This document shows, in pieces, positions 57,278 to 64,000 of a stretch of DNA of 64,000 nt (positions are counted from its first letter, which is position 1; each line of letters begins with the position of its first letter). The position numbers were made by a program, and so were the translations under genes. This DNA comes from Deltaproteobacteria bacterium (GTDB lineage Bacteria > Myxococcota > Kuafuiibacteriia > Kuafuiibacteriales > Kuafuiibacteriaceae), in the NCBI GenBank assembly GCA_040218735.1, contig JAVJQW010000006.1, positions 149,408 through 213,407 on the forward strand, written 5' to 3'. The notes below the pieces were generated by a model, which saw only the letters and a list, made by a program, of their open reading frames with translations, was not told the DNA's origin and made no database searches.

Positions 57278-58099
57278 TCAACTGCTCGCGGTGCCGGTCA
57301 GGATCTGTTCGGCGCGGCGCTGAATCGCGGCGGCGTCCATCGTCCACGCGATCGAGGCGTGGATCAGCCACGGGTACCAAAACGATCGCGTCCGCAGGGC
57401 GAACAACCCGAGCACGATGCCCGCAACGATCGAGCCCATCAGCTCCGGGAAAGGTTTGCCGACGTGCAGCAGCGCAAACGGGATGTTGCCGACGAAGATC
57501 GCGTTGATGCCGAGCCGGTCGTAGAGCCCGAACGTCAGAAAGCCGCGGTAGAAGTACTCCCAGCCCACGAAGTACAGGCCGTAGAGGAGCTCGTAGGTGA
57601 GGAAGCGACCGAGGAAGCCCTCCGGCGCCTCGCCGCGCCCCGCGAAGTACAGGCCGGCCTCGTGCCCGATCACCCCGTTGAGCGGGTAGTACCGCCAAAA
57701 GACCGAGAAGCGGCTCGCGACGACGACGATGATCACCATCACCACGAACGTGGGGACGAGCACCTTCAGCGCGAACCGCCAGTCGCCCAAGCCCAGGCCC
57801 AGGCGGGTCGGGCGGAAGCGCCGGGGGAGCAGCAGGAGGAGGGGGATGAATCCGAGCAGGATGAACGACGTCCCAAACCAGTAGGCGTCCCCGTAGAGCG
57901 TCAGGTACGGGCTCTGGACCTGGTGATCGGGGCGAAGGAGGGTCTCGTATGTCGTCGAACCGCCGAACTTCCGGAACAGGACGAGCAGCAGCGCGGCCCA
58001 CGTCAGCACCCACGCGATCTGACCGTCGAGGCCCACGACCACCGGCGCGAGGCTCGGCCATCGATTCACGATCCGGGCGCGCAGGGTGGGGCGGACCAC
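57278..58099 (-). CDS. CPBP (CAAX/Abi) family intramembrane glutamic endopeptidase
   Basis: WEYFYRG, FALLHVGKP, terminal IHA motif, multiple TMs. Confidence 0.88.
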   Translation of the reverse strand: MVRPTLRARIVNRWPSLAPVVVGLDGQIAWVLTWAALLLVLFRKFGGSTTYETLLRPDHQVQSPYLTLYGDAYWFGTSFILLGFIPLLLLLPRRFRPTRLGLGLGDWRFALKVLVPTFVVMVIIVVVASRFSVFWRYYPLNGVIGHEAGLYFAGRGEAPEGFLGRFLTYELLYGLYFVGWEYFYRGFLTFGLYDRLGINAIFVGNIPFALLHVGKPFPELMGSIVAGIVLGLFALRTRSFWYPWLIHASIAWTMDAAAIQRRAEQILTGTASS

Positions 58100-58164
58100 C
58101 GCCCGGCTATAGCCCGCCTGGTCGTGCTGGCAAAGCGGCGTCCGGGTGCCCTAGACTGAACGGG

Positions 58165-58818
58165 ATGCGACGCTCGATCGTCCCGCTCTCCCTGTTCGCG
58201 ATGCTCCTCGCGCCCCTCGCGGCCGAAGCCACCGTGATGGTGCCGCTGTCGGTCGAGGACCTCACGGCGCGCTCGGCGATGGTGATGCGCGGCCGCGTGC
58301 TCGCGCAGCAGGCCTCGTGGGACGACAACCAGCGGAAGATCTACACGTTCACCGAGATCGAGGTGCTCTCGACCGTCCATACTCAGAACGCCGCGCCCGA
58401 GCGGGTGTTCGTGCGGTCGATGGGCGGTGAGGTCGGCGACGTCGGGATGCGCGTCGCGGGCACGCCGAAGTTCTCCGTCGGCGAGGAGGTCTTCCTCTTC
58501 CTCCGCGTGGACCCGAAGAACGCCGAGCAGTTCCAGGTCGTCGGCATGTCGCAGGGCAAGTTCACGGTGACGCGCGACGGCGGCGTGATCGTCGCGATCC
58601 CGAGCGCCGAGGGCATCGCGTACGTACGCCCCAACGCGCAGGGCGTCCTGCAGGTCGACGAGGGCCACAGCCCAGTGACGTCGCGGATGCCGATCGCGGA
58701 CCTCGAAGCGCGCGTGAAGAAGGCGCTCGCCGCGCCCACGTCGCCGAAGGCGCCGACTTCACCGACGGCGCCGGCCGCTCCGACCACGCCCACGTCGCCG
58801 ACCGTCATCGGCCAGTAG
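58165..58818 (+). CDS. Secreted protein upstream of the matrixin pair
   Basis: Signal peptide ending AEA, GGEVG, PKFSVGEEVFLFL, VVGMSQGKF; PTS-repeat tail; ATG at 58165. Confidence 0.8.
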   Translation: MRRSIVPLSLFAMLLAPLAAEATVMVPLSVEDLTARSAMVMRGRVLAQQASWDDNQRKIYTFTEIEVLSTVHTQNAAPERVFVRSMGGEVGDVGMRVAGTPKFSVGEEVFLFLRVDPKNAEQFQVVGMSQGKFTVTRDGGVIVAIPSAEGIAYVRPNAQGVLQVDEGHSPVTSRMPIADLEARVKKALAAPTSPKAPTSPTAPAAPTTPTSPTVIGQ

Positions 58819-58825
58819 CGGAGCC

Positions 58826-59881
58826 ATGCCGCACCTTCGCGGCGCGCTCCTCGCCGTCCTCCTCTGGGTGTCTCTGTGCGCGCCGCGCGCAGCGGTGGCG
58901 TTCGAGATCAGCCTCACCAGCACGGGCGCCGAAGTGCGCGTGGAAGACTTCCCGATCGTCTACGACGTCGTGGATGCCGAGCCCTACGCGCTCGCGCGCG
59001 CGACCCGCCGTGCGTTCGACACCTGGTCGCGCACGAGCGGCGGCGTGATCCAACCGCGGTACGTCGGGACATCCACCGGCGCCGCCGCGATGGACGGCGT
59101 GAGCACGGTGGTCGCGCTGTCGCCCTGGGACACCTCGTTCGGCGCGACGATGCGAACCGTCGCGCACACGGAAGTCTTCTACGACGTAGCGACCGGCCGG
59201 ACGATGGAGTCCGACATCTTCCTGAACGCGGAGCGCTTCACGTTCGCGGACGGCGGGCCCGGCACGTTCGACGCCGAGAGCGTCGTGCTCCACGAGCTGG
59301 GGCACCTCCTCGGCATCGCGCACAGCTGCGGCGATCCGGGCCGCACGTATGCGTCGTGTTTTTCGGTGCCCGACGAGCTGGGACCGACGATCTTGGAGGC
59401 GGTGATGGCGCCGACGCTCGCGCGCAGCGTGATCCGCAACGCCCCGAACGACGACGACCGCGCGGCCATCGCCGTGCACTACGGCGGACAGCTGGACGCG
59501 CGCATCCCCGGCGTCACGGGGCTGACGCGGCGGTGTCCGGATGACGTGTTGTTCGCGAGCGTCGAGCTCGAAGTGGGCGATCGACTCGAGCTGCGGACGG
59601 ACGACGGCGACCGCCGCGTCGTCACCGGGACGCTGACCGCCGACGGCTTCGCGATCGACGACACGCTGCCGGACGTGTTCGATCTGCTCGCGCTGGATCC
59701 GGCCACGGGCGCGTACGGCTCGACGGTCGCCGTGGCGCTTCCCGACGTGTGCCGGACCGCGCCGCCGCCGCTCTTGGCCGAGGGGTGTGACTGCTCCGCG
59801 GCGCCGGGGGAATCGGCGCCGTGGGGACTGTTCGTGCTGCTCGCCCTCGTCATCCGGGTCGTCCGGCGGTCGACACGTTGA
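58826..59881 (+). CDS. Matrixin-like zinc metalloprotease with MYXO-CTERM-type tail
   Basis: HELGHLLGIAH, Met-turn (VMAP), C-terminal GCDCSAA + TM + RR. Confidence 0.85.
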   Translation: MPHLRGALLAVLLWVSLCAPRAAVAFEISLTSTGAEVRVEDFPIVYDVVDAEPYALARATRRAFDTWSRTSGGVIQPRYVGTSTGAAAMDGVSTVVALSPWDTSFGATMRTVAHTEVFYDVATGRTMESDIFLNAERFTFADGGPGTFDAESVVLHELGHLLGIAHSCGDPGRTYASCFSVPDELGPTILEAVMAPTLARSVIRNAPNDDDRAAIAVHYGGQLDARIPGVTGLTRRCPDDVLFASVELEVGDRLELRTDDGDRRVVTGTLTADGFAIDDTLPDVFDLLALDPATGAYGSTVAVALPDVCRTAPPPLLAEGCDCSAAPGESAPWGLFVLLALVIRVVRRSTR

Positions 59882-59904
59882 GCCCCATTCGTCATGCTTC
59901 GCGC

Positions 59905-60723
59905 GTGCGGTTCTCGGTCCTCCTCGCGGCGGTCGCGAGCGTCGCCCTCGCGAGTGAGGCCTACGCGTTCAAATGCAGCCGCGTCGCGCCGGACAGCGGG
60001 CCCTCCTTGGTCTGGCAGGAGCGTTCGATCCCGTGGTTCGCGGAGGACGAGGTCTTCGACCTGCTCGGGGATCGTGCGATCGGCGAGGCGGAGGTCTTCG
60101 GCGCCTACTCCGCCTGGGAGGACGTCGAGTGCTCCGACATGGAGCTCCCGTACATGGGGTCGGCGCCGGCGCTCGTGGCCGAGTACAAGGACGGGCAGGC
60201 GAACCGCAACGTGTTGGTCGTGCTGCGGACCGGTTGGGACTACGACACGGGCGCGATCGCGGTGACGACGAGCGCGTACGACACGCGGACCGGGCGTGTC
60301 GTGGATGCCGACATCGAGATCAACGACGAAAACTTCGACTTCACGCGGGTCGATGACACCTGCGAGATGAACGCGGGGACGATGGACCTCCGCAACACGC
60401 TCACGCACGAGGTCGGGCACGTCATCGGGCTGGAGCATCCGCCCAATACGTCGCGCTACGAGAACGCCACGATGTTCGCGAGCGCGCCGCCCTGCGAGAC
60501 GAAGAAGCGCTCGTTGGAGAGCGACGACCGCGACGGCATCTGCTTCATCTATCCGTCCGGCGGGCCCACGGCCCAGTGCTTCCCGCCCGAGGGGCCCAGC
60601 TTCGTCATCGTCGGCTCCGACGAGGGGTACGGTGGCTGCTCGCACTCCGGGTCGGCGCGGCTCCCTTGGGCCAGCGTGGTCCTGTTGGGTGGTTTCATCT
60701 TCGCGCTGATCCGACGAAGCTGA
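59905..60723 (+). CDS. Matrixin-like zinc metalloprotease with MYXO-CTERM-type tail
   Basis: DADIEIN, HEVGHVIGLEH, ATM Met-turn, GGCSHS + TM + RR; GTG at 59905. Confidence 0.87.
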   Translation: MRFSVLLAAVASVALASEAYAFKCSRVAPDSGPSLVWQERSIPWFAEDEVFDLLGDRAIGEAEVFGAYSAWEDVECSDMELPYMGSAPALVAEYKDGQANRNVLVVLRTGWDYDTGAIAVTTSAYDTRTGRVVDADIEINDENFDFTRVDDTCEMNAGTMDLRNTLTHEVGHVIGLEHPPNTSRYENATMFASAPPCETKKRSLESDDRDGICFIYPSGGPTAQCFPPEGPSFVIVGSDEGYGGCSHSGSARLPWASVVLLGGFIFALIRRS

Positions 60724-60730
60724 AGGCGGG

Positions 60731-62641
60731 ATGTCCCCGCCGCTCGCCGTCCAAGCTCGCCTCGACCGAACCTCCGTCCCCGCCAGTGATCGCGCCGAAG
60801 CCTTCGTCGCGATCGACGTCGGCGCGGAGGAGACCACGCTCAAAGATCGCCCCGCGTTCGACGTCGTGTTCGTCCTCGACACCTCGGCGTCGATGAAGGG
60901 CCCGCCGCTCGAACACGTCGTGGGGTCGGTGCAGCGGCTCGCCTCGATGTTGATGCCGCGCGATCGATTCGGCGTCGTCACGTTCAGCAACGACGCGCGT
61001 GTCGTGATGCCATCGACGCAGGTGTCACCCGCGGCGATCGACGGGCTCGAGACCGCGCTCGGTTCGTTGGTCGCGTCCGGGCAGACGAACATGGCGGCGG
61101 GGCTCGAGGCCGCGCGCGGGCTCGGCGACGGGAGCGCGCAGCCCGGGCGCCGGATGATCTTCCTGCTCTCCGACGGCGTCCCCAACATCGGCCTGTGCAC
61201 GCCGCTCACGCTCGCCGAAGTGGTGCGACCGTGGCGTGACGAAGGGGTGCTGTGGAGCCTCGGCTACGGACCGCACCACCAGGAGGACGTGCTCGCGGCG
61301 GCGAGCGACGCGGGCGGCGGACGCTACCAGTACATCCCGCAGCCCGAGGTCTGTGAGTTTGCGTTTGCGAAGGCGCTGGGCGCGCAGGCGGACATCGTCG
61401 GTGAGGCGGTCGAGCTACGGTTGGTGCCGCGCGAGGGGATCGAGATCCGGCGGGTGCTCGGTCGGTACGAGCAGCGCTTCGGCGCGGGCGGCATGGTGCT
61501 GCGGCTGCCGGACATCTTCGTGCAGACCAAGCGACGCATCGTCGCGGAGATCGGGTTGGGGCCTTGGTCGAAGTCTTCGGTCTACCCGGGCGTCGACGTG
61601 ATCCTCACGTGTCGCATCGCTGGCTCCGATCATCGATTCACGGTGCGCACGTGCGTGGACGTCGAGGTCTCCGATGTTCCCCCGCGCGTCGTCCCGGAGG
61701 CGCGCGCGTCCGTATTGATCGCGCGCTGCGACGAGGTCCGCAAGGAGTCGCGCACGCTCGCGGATCGCGGAGACTACGAGGCCGCGTCGAAGGTGCTGCG
61801 TTCGATGTTGGAGGTGATCGGGCGCGAGACCTGGTTCGATCCGGCGAAGTACCCCGAGCTCGCCGACGCGTGCGACGTCCTCCGCGACGAAGCCACCGCC
61901 CTCGCGAACCGGCCCACGATGGACATCTACCGGGAGTTCCGGCGCTCGCAGATGTCGATCGAGCTATCCGGCGAGAGCTTCTCCGCGTCCGACCACCGGA
62001 TGGAGAACGAGTACGGGCAGCGGCTCGTGCACGCCGTCGCGGGTGAGTATCCGGTCGCGCGTCTCGAGCAGCTCGGTGGCGACGAGGACGGACGCATCGT
62101 AGTGCTGCGCGCCGAGCAGTCGATCGGGCGCGGGCGCAACTGCGACATCATCGTCCAGCGGGACACCGTGTCGCGCGCGCACGCGCAGGTCGTCGCGCAG
62201 AACGGGCGCTTCTTCGTCGTGGATCTGGGATCGAGCGGTGGCACGTTCGTGAACGGGCGCGTGACGCCGTCCCACGCGCTCCAGTCGGGCGACGAGATCC
62301 GCTTGGGTGACGTCGTGTTCCGGTACGTGGAGCGCGACGTGGCGGAGGAGCGCCTCTGCGCGGTGACGTCGAGCGGCGAGGTCTACGTGCTCGAAAAGGA
62401 TCGCCTCTTCGTGATCGGTCGCAGCCGCGCCTGTTCGCTCGTCATCCGGGAGATGGGGATCGGGCAGCGCCACGCGTACGTCGAGTGGCGCGACGACGCG
62501 TGGTTCATCGGCGCCTACGACAGCCCGGCGGGGATTCGTCGGCGCGGCCAGCCGATCACCAACGCGCGCCTGAGGCACGGGGACGTCGTGCACTTCGGGG
62601 TGGTGCCGCTGAGGTTCGAGTTCCGGAGGTCGCCGGGTTAG
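60731..62641 (+). CDS. VWA domain protein with two C-terminal FHA domains
   Basis: MIDAS DTSASM, GQTN, LSDG; FHA1 IGRG...VSRAHA...DLGSSGGTFVNG; FHA2 IGRS...QRHA. Confidence 0.87.
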   Translation: MSPPLAVQARLDRTSVPASDRAEAFVAIDVGAEETTLKDRPAFDVVFVLDTSASMKGPPLEHVVGSVQRLASMLMPRDRFGVVTFSNDARVVMPSTQVSPAAIDGLETALGSLVASGQTNMAAGLEAARGLGDGSAQPGRRMIFLLSDGVPNIGLCTPLTLAEVVRPWRDEGVLWSLGYGPHHQEDVLAAASDAGGGRYQYIPQPEVCEFAFAKALGAQADIVGEAVELRLVPREGIEIRRVLGRYEQRFGAGGMVLRLPDIFVQTKRRIVAEIGLGPWSKSSVYPGVDVILTCRIAGSDHRFTVRTCVDVEVSDVPPRVVPEARASVLIARCDEVRKESRTLADRGDYEAASKVLRSMLEVIGRETWFDPAKYPELADACDVLRDEATALANRPTMDIYREFRRSQMSIELSGESFSASDHRMENEYGQRLVHAVAGEYPVARLEQLGGDEDGRIVVLRAEQSIGRGRNCDIIVQRDTVSRAHAQVVAQNGRFFVVDLGSSGGTFVNGRVTPSHALQSGDEIRLGDVVFRYVERDVAEERLCAVTSSGEVYVLEKDRLFVIGRSRACSLVIREMGIGQRHAYVEWRDDAWFIGAYDSPAGIRRRGQPITNARLRHGDVVHFGVVPLRFEFRRSPG

Positions 62642-63078
62642 CGAAGGTGCTGGCTGCTCGGCGGATTCGGCTCACGTCGAACGCCGTCGGGGGAGCGGTG
62701 CGCTTCTCGATTCGGCTCGAGAGAGCTCCCGCACGAAGTTGGTGGGCCGCCGGTGCGCGCGCGACTGCGGGGCGTGTCTGCCGGAGGAGAGAGGGCGGCG
62801 CCCCCTCGGGGCGGGAACGCGCCACGGGGCACGCGCTGTCGGAGCTGGAGGACACGGACCCTCGGAGTGGGCTAGCGACAATGCCGTTCACTTAGCAGAC
62901 GGGCCTGCCTCGAGCCCCCATCAGGCGGCAAGGGGCGCCTCGACGTGGGGCAGCGCGCGGACGCCACGGAACGACGCGTCGCTCGGCCGCCGTTTCGCCG
63001 GGCCGGTGAAGGAGGAAGGCTGCGGACCGCAGTGCTCCGAAGGAGGGCCGCACTCTCGATCACCAGCGGGTATCGCTC

Positions 63079-64000
63079 TCACGAACTGCCCTCCGCGCGT
63101 GCCGGTGGCGTCGGATGCGCTTCACGCCGAGGACGCTCGGGACCCGAGCCTGGCCTGGGCTGGGGGGAGCGGCGGCGCTCGTGAATCCTCCGATCGATAA
63201 GGGCGCGACCCAACACCTCCCGTGCCGCGTGAAGGTTGTGCGCGCGACATAGTAATCGCAGCTCGCCGACCACGCTCTTGGCCCCCAACGCGCGGCCGCC
63301 CACGTGATCGAATTCGAGGTTCGACCGTTCGCTGCATCGCCGCCCGTCCGGGCTCACGTACGTGCACTGCGCGCCGTCGCGTTCGACCACCGCACGCCGC
63401 GTCGCCGCCGGGACGTACGCTGCGCCCGCCGGCGCATCCTCGGCGGGTTTCGATCGCGGACGACTCGTCTTTCCGTTCTTCCGCTTCTCGAGCCTCTCGA
63501 CGTACAGCGCGAGCGCGGCTTCGAAGATCTCTCCGATGTCCGTCGCAGGCGGGGCGAGCTCCTTGGCTCGATCCAAGAGCGCCTTCGCTTCGGCGCTCCC
63601 GTCGAAGTGAAAAGCGAACGTGTCAGGCGTCGCCGCCTCGACGCGATCGTCAGAGCTCTTCGCTCCGGGGAACTCGGTGGCGATGAGCATCTCGACCTCG
63701 GCCTTGGACTTGTTCTTCGCCTGCTCGACGAGGCTGTGGGCGTTGTCGTCGTTCATGAACTTGGAGAGCTTCGCGACGCCGGTCATGTGCAGCTCCCCGG
63801 TCGCGAGCAGTTCGAATACCTCGGGCACCCGCCCCGCCGCGCGCACCACGGCGACCCGCCGGCACGCCTGGTCCTCGGTCAGCCCGAGCCCCTCGACGCA
63901 GAACCGAAACAGCGAGCTGAAGCCGCGCTCCACGTAGAGCTTGCGCCGCTCGATCTCCGCCATGAACCGGAGCGCCTGCACACCGCTCTTCAGCTCCGCG
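63079..64000 (-). CDS. DUF222-like/HNH endonuclease-domain protein, 5' truncated by the window edge
   Basis: ERRKLY...GFSSLF N-region; RDGAQC...C...EFDH...LLCRAHN HNH domain; frame open to the window end. Confidence 0.8.
   Translation of the reverse strand, partial: AELKSGVQALRFMAEIERRKLYVERGFSSLFRFCVEGLGLTEDQACRRVAVVRAAGRVPEVFELLATGELHMTGVAKLSKFMNDDNAHSLVEQAKNKSKAEVEMLIATEFPGAKSSDDRVEAATPDTFAFHFDGSAEAKALLDRAKELAPPATDIGEIFEAALALYVERLEKRKNGKTSRPRSKPAEDAPAGAAYVPAATRRAVVERDGAQCTYVSPDGRRCSERSNLEFDHVGGRALGAKSVVGELRLLCRAHNLHAAREVLGRALIDRRIHERRRSPQPRPGSGPERPRREAHPTPPARAEGSS

Noticed and set aside
62642-63078. Short ORFs and GC hairpins in the VWA-HNH intergenic region
   Set aside because: The ORFs lack coding-like composition; the hairpins are short and expected at this GC content, so no ncRNA is called

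Overview
GC-rich bacterial chromosomal window, most likely Myxococcota (MYXO-CTERM-like C-termini, Cys/Pro-rich lipoproteins, an L11 loop insertion). 1-15.2 kb is core genome: pyrF, rlmB, five tRNAs, secE, nusG, rplKAJL, rpoBC. It has three oddities: no tuf/rpmG at the usual site, an extra coiled-coil gene between nusG and rplK, and two related heptamer-periodic inverted-repeat elements. 15.2-33.3 kb is accessory: an ECF41 sigma/azoreductase unit with a consensus ECF41 promoter, then the main candidate system. That system is a coupled minus-strand run of TPR-CHAT protease (probable lipoprotein), zinc-finger membrane anti-sigma, S8 protease lipoprotein, ECF sigma, and a 2295-aa lipoprotein TcB/TcC-like RHS protein carrying a membrane hairpin inside its RHS region. 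The rest holds metabolic and envelope genes: SDR, TPP enzyme, CBS-globin, tandem secreted paralogs, M30-like peptidase, AsmA-like protein, lgt, PEP synthase regulator, orphan clpX, SPFH pair, tRNA-Gln/Glu, CPBP protease opposite two MYXO-CTERM metalloproteases, VWA-FHA-FHA, and an edge-truncated HNH gene. All calls come from reading motifs; no database searches were run.
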